Below, one piece after another: positions 45,278-55,973 of a DNA stretch of 64,000 nucleotides; the first letter of the stretch is position 1; every line of letters begins with the position of its first letter. Position numbers and translations under genes: made by a program. The notes below the pieces were generated by a model. That model did no database searches, was not told the origin of the DNA, and saw only the letters and a list, made by a program, of their open reading frames with translations. Source of the DNA: an uncultured Thermoanaerobaculia bacterium (GTDB taxonomy: Bacteria; Acidobacteriota; Thermoanaerobaculia; Thermoanaerobaculales; Thermoanaerobaculaceae); NCBI GenBank assembly GCA_964488355.1, contig CAZAUJ010000001.1, forward strand, positions 152,454 through 216,453. The letters are read 5' to 3'.

Positions 45278-46756
45278 GTGCGTCGCCTTTGGCGCCTGGG
45301 GGGTATGGCCGCGTTTCTAGCGTACGGCGGGCTGCTGGCTCGCTTTGCCAGCGGCATTGCTTCCGGCGCGGACAACAGTGGCTACCTCAACGCTGCGCGG
45401 CTGCTGCGCGCGGGAAAGCTGCGGGAACTTGTGCGGGTGCCCCCGCCGCTGGCCGATAGTCACCTGCGGCCTTGGCTCTTTACCCCGCTGGGCTTCCAGC
45501 CGGCGGCCGACGGCCGGACCCTCCTCCCTACGTATCCCCCGGGCTTACCCCTGCAGCAGGCGGCCACTGCTGCCCTTTCCGTTTCGCTGGAACAGGCCGC
45601 CGTTCTGGTCAACCTCATCTCCGGCATTGGGTTTGCCTTGCTAGCTTACCGCTTGGGGCGGGCGTGGCGCCTCTCGCGGACGGCAGCCTCTGTTGCCACG
45701 CTCCTTCTGGCTGCCAACCCCCTTGCCCTGCGCTTTTTTACTTGGAACATGAGCGACGGCCCCGCGGCCTTTTGCGCGGTGGCGGCAGTGTACTTTGCCG
45801 TCAAGGCTGGCCGCCGTTGGCCCTACGCCGCAGCCGCCGGCTTTGCCTGGGCCTTGGGAATCGCCACCCGCCCCACCCAGCTGCTCTTGCTCCCGGCCCT
45901 GCTGCGTGCCCTTCCTCTGAGGGGGAGCATGCTGGCAGCCTTTGCCATTGGCGCCGCACCGCTGGCTAGCTGGCTGGGCTGGTACAACAGCCAGCAGTTT
46001 GGCGCCTGGCACCGCACCGGTTATGCCAACCTGGCGCGGGAGTTCAAAGTGCGCTACTTCTGGCCCACGCTGCAACACTACGCCGCTTGGTTGGCGCGCT
46101 TTTACTCCCCCTTCGCTTTCTTTCCTTGGCTTGCGCACCTGCGCGGCGCTTTGGCAGGAAAACGACCCCAACTCGTGTGCCTCGCCTGGTGGTTGCCGTT
46201 TTTTGCCTTTTACGGCTTTTACAAGTACACCAACGACACCTGGTGGTACCTGCGCTTTGTCCTCCCGGCCATGCCCGGCTTGGTGCTGGGCGGGGTGCTG
46301 GCAGCTCAGCAGCGCTGGCAACAGGCCAGAAGCTGGGTCAAGCCGGCGTTGGCAGCCCTGGCTTTTTTAGCCGCAGGTTGCAGCGTGTTTTGGGCTCAGC
46401 ACCTCCAAGCTTTGCGGCTTGCCAGGGACGAGGCGGTCTATCCCCAAGGTGTGACCTGGGCGGAGGAGGTGGCGGGCCGGGAGGGCATGGTATTTTGCGG
46501 CCAGCTTTCCGGTTCGGTCTACTTTTACAGCCCCCTGGCGGTGTTCCGCGTGGATCTGGCCAGCAAAGAAGAGCTCAAACAGGTGCTGACCGTGCTCCAG
46601 CAACGCGGCCTGCATGCCTACGCGGTGCTGTTCGACTTTGAGGCACGCGTGTATCCGCGGGTGTTTCCAGGTATGTTCAAAAAGGTGGGTGAGCGCGGGC
46701 GTCTGTCCCTTTGGCGGCTGTCCGGGACGGAGGCAGCGGGAGCGCAGAATCCGTGA
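45278..46756 (+). CDS. Polytopic GT-C-fold membrane glycosyltransferase-like protein (ArnT/PMT/GT39-like)
   Basis: 492 aa with about 10-12 TM helices. The first-loop acidic motif GADNSGYLNAARLL and TYPPGLPL resemble GT-C/GT39 signatures. The C-terminal soluble domain has no recognised motif. The function call is from pattern memory. Confidence 0.6.
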   Translation: MRRLWRLGGMAAFLAYGGLLARFASGIASGADNSGYLNAARLLRAGKLRELVRVPPPLADSHLRPWLFTPLGFQPAADGRTLLPTYPPGLPLQQAATAALSVSLEQAAVLVNLISGIGFALLAYRLGRAWRLSRTAASVATLLLAANPLALRFFTWNMSDGPAAFCAVAAVYFAVKAGRRWPYAAAAGFAWALGIATRPTQLLLLPALLRALPLRGSMLAAFAIGAAPLASWLGWYNSQQFGAWHRTGYANLAREFKVRYFWPTLQHYAAWLARFYSPFAFFPWLAHLRGALAGKRPQLVCLAWWLPFFAFYGFYKYTNDTWWYLRFVLPAMPGLVLGGVLAAQQRWQQARSWVKPALAALAFLAAGCSVFWAQHLQALRLARDEAVYPQGVTWAEEVAGREGMVFCGQLSGSVYFYSPLAVFRVDLASKEELKQVLTVLQQRGLHAYAVLFDFEARVYPRVFPGMFKKVGERGRLSLWRLSGTEAAGAQNP

Positions 46757-46763
46757 GCTGGCC

Positions 46764-47987
46764 TTACACCATCTTCAACACGTGACCCAGCTTCTTCTTC
46801 TTTGCCTCCAGGTAGCGGCGGGAGTGAACAGTGGGGGGCACCTCCAAGGGAACCCGCTCGGTTATTTCCAAGCCGTAACCGGCTAAAGCCACATACTTGG
46901 CGGGGTTGTTGGTCAACAGGCGCATTCTGCGCACGCCCAGGGCGCGCAAGATTTGCGCTCCCACCCCGTAGTCTCGCTGGTCGGCGCCGAAACCCAGACG
47001 GTGGTTGGCCTCCACCGTGTCAAGCCCTTGGTCCTGCAGCTGGTAGGCCTTGAGCTTGTTGAACAGACCGATGCCCCGTCCTTCCTGCAGGAGATAAAGC
47101 AGCACGCCCTTGCCTTCGGCGGCAATCTTGCCCAAGGCCGCCTCCAGCTGGCCGCCGCAATCGCAGCGCGCCGAGCGGAACACATCCCCCGTCAGGCATT
47201 GAGAGTGCACCCGCACCAACACCGGCTCCTCAGGGCTGATTTCCCCCATCACCAAGGCCACGTGCTCCTCCTGGGTGACCGTGCTGCGGAAGGCAAACAC
47301 GCGGAAGTCACCGAACTGGGTGGGAAGCCGCGGCGAGGCCACCAGCTCCACCAGCTGCTCCGAACGCAAACGGTAGGCAATGAGGTCACGAACGGTGAGG
47401 ATCTTCAAGCCGTGACGTCGCGCCAGCTGCCTCAGGCGAGGCAAGCGCGCCATGCTGCCATCCTCGTCCATGGTCTCGCAAATGACCGCCGCGGGGTACA
47501 AGCCGGCGATGCGGGCAAGGTCCACTGAGGCCTCCGTGTGGCCTGCGCGCTTGAGCACACCTCCCGGCTGCGCCCGAAGGGGGAACGTGTGACCCGGGCG
47601 CATCAGGTCGTCGGGTCGCGTGGCCGGATCGATAAGCGCTCGCACGGTGGCTGCTCGGTCGGCGGCGGAAATGCCCGTGGTCACCTTCCCCTTGGCCTCA
47701 ACGGAAACGCAAAAGGCGGTGCCGTGGGGGGAGGTGTTTTCCGCTACCATCAGCGGTAACTGTAGCTGGTCGCAACGCTCAGCGGTGAGGCTCACGCAAA
47801 TCAGCCCCCTGGCGTGCGTGGCCATGAAGTTGATGGCTTCGGGGGTGATCTTCTCCGCTGGCAGGGCCAAATCCCCCTCGTTTTCCCTGGCCTCGTCGTC
47901 GACGATGATGACGAAGCGGCCGCGGCGAAACTCCTCCGCGGCCTCTTCCACCGTGGCGAATACGCGTTCTTCCCTCTTGCGGCTCAC
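46764..47987 (-). CDS. ribBA: Bifunctional 3,4-dihydroxy-2-butanone-4-phosphate synthase / GTP cyclohydrolase II
   Basis: The DHBPS half has FVIIVDDEARENEGDL and HGTAF. The GCHII half has the zinc-binding Cys in VRVHSQCLTGDVFRSARCDCG and GRGIGL. Confidence 0.95.
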   Translation of the reverse strand: MSRKREERVFATVEEAAEEFRRGRFVIIVDDEARENEGDLALPAEKITPEAINFMATHARGLICVSLTAERCDQLQLPLMVAENTSPHGTAFCVSVEAKGKVTTGISAADRAATVRALIDPATRPDDLMRPGHTFPLRAQPGGVLKRAGHTEASVDLARIAGLYPAAVICETMDEDGSMARLPRLRQLARRHGLKILTVRDLIAYRLRSEQLVELVASPRLPTQFGDFRVFAFRSTVTQEEHVALVMGEISPEEPVLVRVHSQCLTGDVFRSARCDCGGQLEAALGKIAAEGKGVLLYLLQEGRGIGLFNKLKAYQLQDQGLDTVEANHRLGFGADQRDYGVGAQILRALGVRRMRLLTNNPAKYVALAGYGLEITERVPLEVPPTVHSRRYLEAKKKKLGHVLKMV

Positions 47988-49435
47988 GGCACCGCAACCA
48001 CCAGCGGGATACGCGTCTTTTGCTCCGCGTTGCTGCGCGCATCCCGCAGCGTGACCTCCAGCACGTACTCACCGCTCTTGCGGAAAACGGAAAGGGGCAG
48101 GCCGTTGCCGAACATCCACAGGTCTTGCGACACCTGCGAGAGATTAACCGGCTGGTCCTTGTTCTCTGTGAGCTTGCGGTCGTCCTTATAGGCCGCCAGG
48201 CTCACACGAAAATCGGGCTTGCCCGCCTCATCCAGCTGCGGATGAAGCACGTAGCAAAAGTAAGCCAGGTTTTCGGCGCTGGTGTACGAATTGGAAGGCC
48301 GCGGGATCACGTGCCAGCCGCCAATGTTAAAGGGGTCACCCAAATGGGCTGAAGCCTCCTGGCGCACGTCCACGCCCCAGTAAAAGGGCGAGATGACCGT
48401 GCCCTCCTGGGTAACAGAAGCCAGCTCCACCGGAAACTGCTTTACCACCAACGCCTGCTTGTTAGCATCGGCTAAGGCCACCTGAAGGGTGTACTTCCCC
48501 GGCTCCAAGGGAAAGGCAAACTCGTAGCCTCGGCCACCGGTGACCGACAGGGGCGCGATTTCCTTGGCGAAGGTACCCACCTCTGCGCCGCTTTCTGCCA
48601 ACACCCGGCCCACCACAAATGAGGCCGGCGGGACCGCGTCGGGAAGCTGAATGTAGAGCCACCACGGGTGGAAGTTGGCGGACACCAAACCCAAAGCCGC
48701 GAAGCTGGCAGCACCCTCCGGCCATACCTCGCCCTTGTCCAACAAGGCCATCTCCTCCGCCTTAGCCGCTTTGGAACCGGGAAGAAGACCCACTTTTGGC
48801 ACCTCGGTAAGCTTAGGGTGCTTGACCAACCGCTCCGGCAACTCGGCCAGGAGCTTCATGATGTGCGCGTTGCGGCGATCGGTGCGGTCCAACAGGTAAT
48901 CGTTGGCACCCACCCGCGACTCAATGAAAACCGCCCACACCTCCTCCGCTTTGACCAGGCCCTCGGGCAAGCGGTCCTTGGTGTACACCCAAATTTCCGT
49001 CGCGCCCTGGTCCTCGTAGGGCCGCCGGCCCTGCTCGCCCCCCATCGCACCTTGCACCGCGCTCCCGGGAGGCAAGTTGGAGGCCCGGCTGGGCTTGCCT
49101 AAAAGGATCAAAACCTTGCCCCGGTCGCTCAGGCTGCCGGGCACCTCTTTGAATGAAAACATCTTGTCTGCCGCCTTAACCCGCGCGTCGAAGTCCACCT
49201 TGAACTCGTTCACTTGCGTGGTGAGGTCGGGGTCGCGCTTGGCCCAAAACAGCTCCAAAAAACTGGCCAGCTCCTTCTCCGAACTGAGCTTCTCAAGGGC
49301 CTTGCGCTCGTCCTTGGTGAGGAGGTAGCCCATCGGGCTTTTGAAAAGCTCTTTGACAGCCGGAAGCGTCTCGCCCATCAAAGGGCTCGTAGCCGAGCCC
49401 ACGAGGGCCAGCAAGAGGAAAAGCTTTTTGTTCAT
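47984..49435 (-). CDS. GWxTD-domain protein (secreted)
   Basis: The preferred start MNKKLFLLLALVGSATSPLMG (signal peptide) is at 49435. FLELFWAKRDPDLTTQVNEFKVDFDARV followed by PGSLSDRGKVLILLGKP matches the GWxTD domain pattern as I recall it. Confidence 0.75.
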   Translation of the reverse strand: MNKKLFLLLALVGSATSPLMGETLPAVKELFKSPMGYLLTKDERKALEKLSSEKELASFLELFWAKRDPDLTTQVNEFKVDFDARVKAADKMFSFKEVPGSLSDRGKVLILLGKPSRASNLPPGSAVQGAMGGEQGRRPYEDQGATEIWVYTKDRLPEGLVKAEEVWAVFIESRVGANDYLLDRTDRRNAHIMKLLAELPERLVKHPKLTEVPKVGLLPGSKAAKAEEMALLDKGEVWPEGAASFAALGLVSANFHPWWLYIQLPDAVPPASFVVGRVLAESGAEVGTFAKEIAPLSVTGGRGYEFAFPLEPGKYTLQVALADANKQALVVKQFPVELASVTQEGTVISPFYWGVDVRQEASAHLGDPFNIGGWHVIPRPSNSYTSAENLAYFCYVLHPQLDEAGKPDFRVSLAAYKDDRKLTENKDQPVNLSQVSQDLWMFGNGLPLSVFRKSGEYVLEVTLRDARSNAEQKTRIPLVVAVP

Positions 49436-49512
49436 CCGAACGTTTCTCCCGTCTACCCCGCGCTGCCGGCGGGGCATGGGGATGATACACCTCTTTTGCC
49501 CGAGGAGGGCAG

Positions 49513-52227
49513 TCAGAAGGGGTTGCCAAAGGCCAGGTACAGCTCGCCCTTGGACTCTCCGGGCTCCCGATCCAGTTTCCAACCGTACTCCAGGCGCAAC
49601 GGGCCGACGGGGGTTTCAAAGCGCAAGCCCAGGCCAGCCCCCCAGCGGAGGTCAGCCTCCCTCACCTTGGCCAGCGAGGCCCAGGTGTTGCCGCTGTCAA
49701 CGAAAATGGTTCCGCCAAGGGACCCGGCAATCGGCACCCGCCACTCGGCGCTGACCAAAAGCAGGGCGGCTCCTCCCACGGGGCGCAACTCATCAACCGT
49801 ACAGCTGGGCTTCCCCTCGGGACAGAGCAGCGTTTGTCCCGGCACCCCCAACCGGTCCGTGGGAAAGGCCCGGTGCGACACGCGCCCACCGGCGAAAAAG
49901 CGTGCGGCAATGGGAACGCGCAAGTTGTCGGGTGTCTGCCTGCTTCCCTGAAAAGGCCTGATCACGCCGCCGCGCACGCCCAAGGCCACCACCGAGGAAC
50001 CCACGGGCTTACGCCAGGCCAGCGATCCCTGAAACTTGGCAAACGAGGCGTCCGCCAAGAACAACGGGAAGGCCCGCTGCAGCTGCAGCGAGGCGTAAAG
50101 CCCTCGGGAAGGAGAAAAGAGGTCGTCGCGCGTATCCCATTCCAACACAGGGGTGAGCGAGGCCACCCGCAAATGCTGCCGGCTGCGCTCCAAGCTGGAG
50201 AGCACCTCCTCGGGCGCCTCGGGAGCAATGATTTGGTAGTCGTAGCGCACGAGCCAACGCTTAGGCCTTTGCCAGTGATCGCCCAGCTCCACCCACATGC
50301 CACGCCGAAGCAGAGAGTAGGTGGGGAACGTCTCCTCCGTGCGATAAATGGCCACCCACGTGGGCAAGCCCAAAAAGCCCAAACGGGCGGGCTCGCGGTA
50401 GTTCACTTGCAGGCGGCGTTGGCGTGACGAGAAGCGCCCCTCAAAAGAAAGGGTGCGGGCCTTGCCCCAAAGGTTCAGCTCCGTCCAGCTAGCGGAAAGG
50501 CGCAGCTTCTCCTCCGTGTCCCAACCCAAGCCGCCGCTCACCGAGCGCGAGGGACCTTCCTGCACCTGGAGCAGCACCCCTCTCTGGCTGCCTGCCTCTT
50601 GCCCCGGAACCGGCCCCAAGCTCACCCGCGAAAAAATTCCCAAGGCCAACAAGCGGCGTTGAGCAGCGAGCAGCGCATCGGGGGCGTAAAGGTCCCCCGC
50701 GTTCACCCCGGCTACCAGATTCACCACCTCCGGCTTGGTGCTGGCCAAGCCGGCAATCACCACCTGTTTCACCGTTGTTCGTAAGCCAGGAGCCACCCGC
50801 ACCACCGGCTGACACCGCCACTCCCGGCACTGCCCCTGCACCTCCACCTGAGCATCGGGAAAACCGGCGTTGGCCAGCGTTTCCAGCAGGAGTCGTCTCG
50901 TTTCCTCCTCCGCCCACAGGCTCCAGGGCTTGCCCGCCGCCAGCGGCAGCGGCGGCAAGGGCACGTCGGACGGCCAACCTTGAAGCTCCAACCCTTCCAC
51001 CGTCCAGCGCTCCCCCAGGACCACAGGAAACTCAACCACCCAACCCTGACCCTCCCGCACCAGCCGCGCGGGAGCCACCTGCGCCTGCGGGTAACCCTCC
51101 GCCTTGAGCGTGGCTTCCACTGCCTCGCGGTCTGCGGCCAGGCTTGCGTCATCCACCGTTTGCCCCGCAAGTCTGCCCAACGTCCCAGCCCTCACCGCCA
51201 CCCGCCGGCGGGCCAGCTCGGTGAGGGTCTTCTCCTGTAGGCCAGGGAAGCGCACACCCACGATGGGCAGCTTGGGACCCCGCGCCACCCTCACCACCAG
51301 GGTGGGCGGTTCCGCCTCCCTCGCCTGCAGTTGCACATCCACCACGGGTTGCAGGTGGCCTTGCCGTTGCAGGGCCTCCCGCAGGCGAGTGGCAAGCCAC
51401 CCCTCGGCTCCGGCGAAGAAGCCGTCCTCCCCTGAGAGGAACGGGAAGCTTTCTCTCAACCGGCTCCAGCTCACCGGGTCACCTTCCGTGCGCAGGCGGA
51501 AGCGAGGCCCGGCTTTCACCACAAAGCGCGCCTTGGTGCCGCAGGGAAGGTGGGAAAGCTGCGGCCCCTCCACCTCCGCTTGCCAGTACCCTTGCCGGCG
51601 GAGGCGGGCCAACAACCGCCGCCGCATTCCCTCCACCGCTCCGGCTGTGAGCCGCCGATTGGGCCTTACCTCGCATGCCTGCCACAGCTCCTGCTGCTGG
51701 CCGGGGAAGCCGTCCGCTTCCAGCTGGCAGAGCACCTGCGGCGGTCCCAACCAGCCCCTCAGGAGCACGTCTACCGTGCCCTGCTGCACATGAAACTCCA
51801 GCTCTGGCTCCAGACGGGCTTGGGGAAAGCCATCGGCACGCAGCTTTCCTTGGACACCCACCAGGGCCTGCTCGAAGGGGGCCAAGCGCAGGGGCAATCC
51901 AGGCTTTAGGCCCAGCTCCTGAGCAACCAAGGCGCGTTGCCGACCTGGCAGGCCCTGCAAGCGCACGGTACCCACCCGCGTAGCCACCTGCGCATGGAGG
52001 AAAAGGGCAAACCCATCGCCTCGCGGCTCCACGTCCACGCGCACGTCCTCCACCTCGCCGCTCGCCACCAGAGCTTGGACACCTCTGCGGATGGCTTCTC
52101 GATCCAGCTTATCACCTACCTGCACACCGAAGACCTGCCGCAGGCGCTGCGGCTCGTAAGCTCCAGGGGCGGTAAGTTCCACCGCCACCACCTGGCCCTG
52201 GCCCCAGGGAAGGGCGGCCAAAAACAT
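49513..52227 (-). CDS. Omp85-family outer-membrane protein (TamA/BamA-like) with multiple POTRA domains
   Basis: At least 904 aa. The N-terminal two-thirds consists of repeated POTRA-like units. The C-terminal beta-barrel ends LRLEYGWKLD...LYLAFGNPF with a terminal aromatic residue. It lies directly downstream of tamB. The start is uncertain between 52227 (overlaps the tamB stop by 1 nt) and 52377. Confidence 0.85.
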   Translation of the reverse strand: MFLAALPWGQGQVVAVELTAPGAYEPQRLRQVFGVQVGDKLDREAIRRGVQALVASGEVEDVRVDVEPRGDGFALFLHAQVATRVGTVRLQGLPGRQRALVAQELGLKPGLPLRLAPFEQALVGVQGKLRADGFPQARLEPELEFHVQQGTVDVLLRGWLGPPQVLCQLEADGFPGQQQELWQACEVRPNRRLTAGAVEGMRRRLLARLRRQGYWQAEVEGPQLSHLPCGTKARFVVKAGPRFRLRTEGDPVSWSRLRESFPFLSGEDGFFAGAEGWLATRLREALQRQGHLQPVVDVQLQAREAEPPTLVVRVARGPKLPIVGVRFPGLQEKTLTELARRRVAVRAGTLGRLAGQTVDDASLAADREAVEATLKAEGYPQAQVAPARLVREGQGWVVEFPVVLGERWTVEGLELQGWPSDVPLPPLPLAAGKPWSLWAEEETRRLLLETLANAGFPDAQVEVQGQCREWRCQPVVRVAPGLRTTVKQVVIAGLASTKPEVVNLVAGVNAGDLYAPDALLAAQRRLLALGIFSRVSLGPVPGQEAGSQRGVLLQVQEGPSRSVSGGLGWDTEEKLRLSASWTELNLWGKARTLSFEGRFSSRQRRLQVNYREPARLGFLGLPTWVAIYRTEETFPTYSLLRRGMWVELGDHWQRPKRWLVRYDYQIIAPEAPEEVLSSLERSRQHLRVASLTPVLEWDTRDDLFSPSRGLYASLQLQRAFPLFLADASFAKFQGSLAWRKPVGSSVVALGVRGGVIRPFQGSRQTPDNLRVPIAARFFAGGRVSHRAFPTDRLGVPGQTLLCPEGKPSCTVDELRPVGGAALLLVSAEWRVPIAGSLGGTIFVDSGNTWASLAKVREADLRWGAGLGLRFETPVGPLRLEYGWKLDREPGESKGELYLAFGNPF

Positions 52228-55200
52228 CAGTAACGCCGCCGCCACCGCACCTCCAGGGAATAGGAGCCGTCGCTGTCGCGCGTGGCCTCCACGAATACGT
52301 CTTTGCCTACGCGCCAACGGCTGACGAGCACCTCTTCGCGGTTCGACGAGAGGTTGGTGGAAACGGTCACCGACCAATCGGGCGAAAGCTGCTTTACCAT
52401 CGTGACCCGGGCCGTGGGCGTGCCGGTTTCAGCCGTCAGCACAGGGTCAATGCGCAGCTGGTCCAGCGCCAGCAGGTTGCGCGTGCGCTGGCTGACGGCA
52501 CCGGCCAACTGCTCGGCAAGAAAGGAGGAAGCCATGGTCGAGGCGGAGGCGGTTGCCCCCACTGAAGCTGGGCTGACCCCCAAGGCAATGAGGGCCAAAA
52601 TGTCCGCCTCCGGCAGGGGGGGATCGGAGCTCAGGCTGGGCACGAGCCGGTCCAGCGTGCCGGAAAGGCCAAGGCTGACAGCGAAGTTTTGCACCAAGCC
52701 GCGTGCCTGCACATCCAGAATGGGCCGAAGGCCGTTGGGATCGGTAAAGGTCACCGAGGCCCGCTCCAGCTCGTAGGTGACTCCGGAAAGCTCCAACTCG
52801 CCACCGGGCAAGGCCTCCAGCCGCCCCAACACACCCGGCTGACCTGAGTGGCCCAAAAGGCGCAGCTCCCCTTGGGCCGCCAGCCGAGCCATGGGGGTGC
52901 GCACCTCCAGGGTCCCAGGCACGTGGATGTGCACGTCGAAGGCAACGAGGCCCTTGCCTGTCGGTACTAGCCGCTCGGGGCTCGTGAGCTCCTCCAGCAC
53001 CAGCCTTTGCAGGTTCACATCCCGCTGGTAGAAGGACCGCCTGAGCGTCACCTCACCTGCCAGCTGGAGGGCGTTGAGATCACCGCTCAAACGCACTTGC
53101 CCATCCAAGCTGGGCTCGAAGCCGACGGCCAGCGGCCAGCGGCTCGCCGACAAGCGCAAGTCCAAGTCCAGCTCCACCCTCGGCCAAAAACGGATTTGTC
53201 CGCTGCACAACCCCGAACCACCGTAAAAGGCAAAGCGCACATCGCGCATGGTGAGCACTTCGCCCACCAACTGCACCACCCCTTCGATGGCTGTCAGCGG
53301 CGAGGGGAGGCCCGGAACCTGTAAAGCCCCCTCCGCCACACGCAGCTCCCCCTCCACGCGCGGCGCCCGTTCTGAGCCGGAAAGCTCGGCCAAAACCTCC
53401 ACCCTGCCCCGTGGCGCCGCCTCCCGCCAGACCAAACGCAGAAGCGACCCGGGAACCACGCCCGACACGATGCCGTGAACTTCCCCATCCCGGCGCCGGC
53501 TGGCTTGCAGCTGCAGCTGAGCACTGTCCCCCTCCATATCCAAACCTACCAGCTCCACCTCGCTGCCGCGCAAGCGCAAACGGGCTGGGGCCCGCAGCCG
53601 CAATTCTTGCCCTTCGGCCCGCAGCACCGCTTCGGTCACCTCGCCGACTAGCTGCGGCTCACCTCGGGAGGGGACGGCCACCTGCAACGCAGCCGAAACC
53701 GACCCATCAACCCCTGCATCTTGCCCGAGCACATCCCGCAGCAGCTGGGCAATGCTCTCGATGGTTAGCTGAGCCTGCCCGGAAATAGCGCTTTGCCCTT
53801 GTCCTAGCTCAGCGGAAAGCCGCCAATGCCCCTGCCTGGCCAGTTGGGCGCGCAGCCCGCCGTGGTCAAGAAGGATGGTTCCCCTGGCCCCCTGGGCAGT
53901 TTGCAACGTCAACCGGCCGGCGGGCGCCTCCCAGGGGAACTGGCCGTCCAGCTGGGCTTCCAAATTCCCTCCGAGGAGTTGGGCAAGGGGCGGCGAAAGG
54001 GGTTCCAATCCCAAGCCCCGCAGGCGCGCGTGCACCTCCGCGTAGCGATGAGGAAAATCAACCGTCAGCTCGCCAGCCAGGCTGCCCAGCTGCAGATCCC
54101 GAATGCGCAAAATGCCCTCTGCCGCTTCCAGGCTGCCTTCGCCGTCACCTAAACTTAAGCCCACCACCTGCACGTGCGATAGGCTCATCTTCGCCGCCAG
54201 CAGCGGCTCGTCCATGCTGCCGCTGAGGTGGCCCTGCACAGCCGCCGTTCCTTGCAGGGGAAAGCGCAGCCCTGCCCAGGAGGCCATGCGCGCCAGGGGA
54301 AGGGCTCGGCTGGCGAAACGCAGCTCCACCTGGGGAGAAGCCCCACCAAGGCGCAGCTGGGCGGAAAAATCCGCCTGCCCTTTCCCCAGGACCAACCTGC
54401 CCCCGGCGACCTGAAACACTCCCCGGGCAAAACTGATCTCGCCCTCCAGGCCGTCGGCTTCCACCGGGCCGAAACAGACCGGCGAAAGCGCTACCGTGCC
54501 CGTGAGCACCGGATCGTGGAAGGAGCCAGCCAGCTGGAGGTCGAAAACCGCCGCACCTGAAAGCTCCGGTGGCAAGACCGGGGTACCGATCCACCCGGCC
54601 AAAAGCTTGGCCACCGCCTCCACCGCCACCCCCTCGCTGGCCAGCGCCCACTGGGGCCGCCAGGTGCCCAAGCTCAAGCGGCCTTGCCAGTCCACAGAGC
54701 CGCCAGCAAGCTGCAAAGAACGACCCTGGAAGCGAAGGGCACCATCGCCTTGGAGAGCAATCACCACCTGGCCCTCCACCCCCAACCCCTCTCCGGCCGG
54801 TGTCAGGTGCACCACCGCCAAACCTTGTCCCTGGCCAATGGCTTGCCCCTCAAAGGCCAGCTCAGCGCTGACCCGCGCCTGACTGGCCAAACCAGCGGGT
54901 GGGATGCCCAGCAGGGCAAGGAACGTCTCCACCTCCAGCCCGTCGCCGCGAACGACAATCCTGTGTGCAAAGGTGGGGCCGAAATCGGCCAGGCGGTAGG
55001 ACCCTTCCACCTGCCCGCCGGCAAACAGCCCTTCCTCCAGCGAGGCCTCGATCCCTTCAGGGGAAAGGTGGATTGACCCCGCAACCTTCTCTACCGGAAA
55101 GCCGACCACCTCCACGCGCTCGCTGAGCACGCGGGCATCCACCAACCAGCTCCCGTGGGCAACCCGCAGCTCACCCTCTGCCCTAACCGTCCCGGTAAGG

Positions 55201-55973
55201 CCTAAGCCCAGCGAAAAGAAACGATCCACCGTCGCGAGCTCGCCCACCACGCGGCCCGAAAGCTCCAGCTCCAGCTGCTCTTGCCAGCGCACCTGGCCCG
55301 CCAGGTCCGCCTCCAAACCCTGGCCTGCCAGCGCCAGGCGTCGGATCTGGCACTCCCCAGGAAGCAAGCTGCCCCAAAAGGCCACTCTAGTTTCAACCGA
55401 CTGCACGCCTTCTCCTGCCCACCGCAGGCTCCCCACCCGACCCCAAAGGGTGGCCATGCCCGCACGGGCGGCGCTCATCAGCTCCACGTTGCCCAGGTGC
55501 AGGGTCAAATCCGGCGCTAACGTCAGGCCATCTAAGCTGGCCTCCCGTACCTCCAACTGGCGCACGCTCACCGCAAAACCTCCCTGGCCGTGAGAGCCCT
55601 GGCCGCCCAACGCGAGCGCGCGGGAGCTCAGCTCCAAACCGCGGAGATACACGTAGTTGAGTTGGAGATGGCGCCGGGACAGTTTGAGCGCTCCCAGGTT
55701 TACCTGGGCACGGGCCGCCTTCAACCAAGGGGAGGAGTCGGGGCCCAAGCGCACGTCCACCAGGGTCAGCTGCAGGGGGTACAAACGCAGCTGGGCGACA
55801 CCCACCTGGCACGGCACGCCCAGCTTCCCCTCCAGCTGTCGCGACAGCCACTGGGCCAAGCGGCGCTGGTTGTCTGGCCGGGCCAACCACCAGGCAAGCC
55901 CTTGCCCGAAAAGCGTGGCCACTGCGGCGACGGCTAAGAACACCACCAGCCGACACTTCCACCTCTTCACCAC
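52227..55973 (-). CDS. tamB: Translocation and assembly module protein TamB (DUF490 family)
   Basis: 1248 aa. N-terminal anchor CRLVVFLAVAAVATLF, a long beta-rich repetitive body, and a C-terminal DUF490-like tail (LDQLRIDPVL...VTMVKQLSPDWSVTVSTNLS...VEATRDSDGSYSLEVRWRRRY). Confidence 0.88.
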   Translation of the reverse strand: MVKRWKCRLVVFLAVAAVATLFGQGLAWWLARPDNQRRLAQWLSRQLEGKLGVPCQVGVAQLRLYPLQLTLVDVRLGPDSSPWLKAARAQVNLGALKLSRRHLQLNYVYLRGLELSSRALALGGQGSHGQGGFAVSVRQLEVREASLDGLTLAPDLTLHLGNVELMSAARAGMATLWGRVGSLRWAGEGVQSVETRVAFWGSLLPGECQIRRLALAGQGLEADLAGQVRWQEQLELELSGRVVGELATVDRFFSLGLGLTGTVRAEGELRVAHGSWLVDARVLSERVEVVGFPVEKVAGSIHLSPEGIEASLEEGLFAGGQVEGSYRLADFGPTFAHRIVVRGDGLEVETFLALLGIPPAGLASQARVSAELAFEGQAIGQGQGLAVVHLTPAGEGLGVEGQVVIALQGDGALRFQGRSLQLAGGSVDWQGRLSLGTWRPQWALASEGVAVEAVAKLLAGWIGTPVLPPELSGAAVFDLQLAGSFHDPVLTGTVALSPVCFGPVEADGLEGEISFARGVFQVAGGRLVLGKGQADFSAQLRLGGASPQVELRFASRALPLARMASWAGLRFPLQGTAAVQGHLSGSMDEPLLAAKMSLSHVQVVGLSLGDGEGSLEAAEGILRIRDLQLGSLAGELTVDFPHRYAEVHARLRGLGLEPLSPPLAQLLGGNLEAQLDGQFPWEAPAGRLTLQTAQGARGTILLDHGGLRAQLARQGHWRLSAELGQGQSAISGQAQLTIESIAQLLRDVLGQDAGVDGSVSAALQVAVPSRGEPQLVGEVTEAVLRAEGQELRLRAPARLRLRGSEVELVGLDMEGDSAQLQLQASRRRDGEVHGIVSGVVPGSLLRLVWREAAPRGRVEVLAELSGSERAPRVEGELRVAEGALQVPGLPSPLTAIEGVVQLVGEVLTMRDVRFAFYGGSGLCSGQIRFWPRVELDLDLRLSASRWPLAVGFEPSLDGQVRLSGDLNALQLAGEVTLRRSFYQRDVNLQRLVLEELTSPERLVPTGKGLVAFDVHIHVPGTLEVRTPMARLAAQGELRLLGHSGQPGVLGRLEALPGGELELSGVTYELERASVTFTDPNGLRPILDVQARGLVQNFAVSLGLSGTLDRLVPSLSSDPPLPEADILALIALGVSPASVGATASASTMASSFLAEQLAGAVSQRTRNLLALDQLRIDPVLTAETGTPTARVTMVKQLSPDWSVTVSTNLSSNREEVLVSRWRVGKDVFVEATRDSDGSYSLEVRWRRRY

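Noticed and set aside
49456-49474. GC hairpin CCCCGC-7 nt-GCGGGG between the Omp85 stop and the GWxTD start.
   Set aside because: No U-tract follows on the transcribed (minus) strand, and the flanking genes look co-transcribed. It is not convincing as a terminator and is too short to call a regulatory element.
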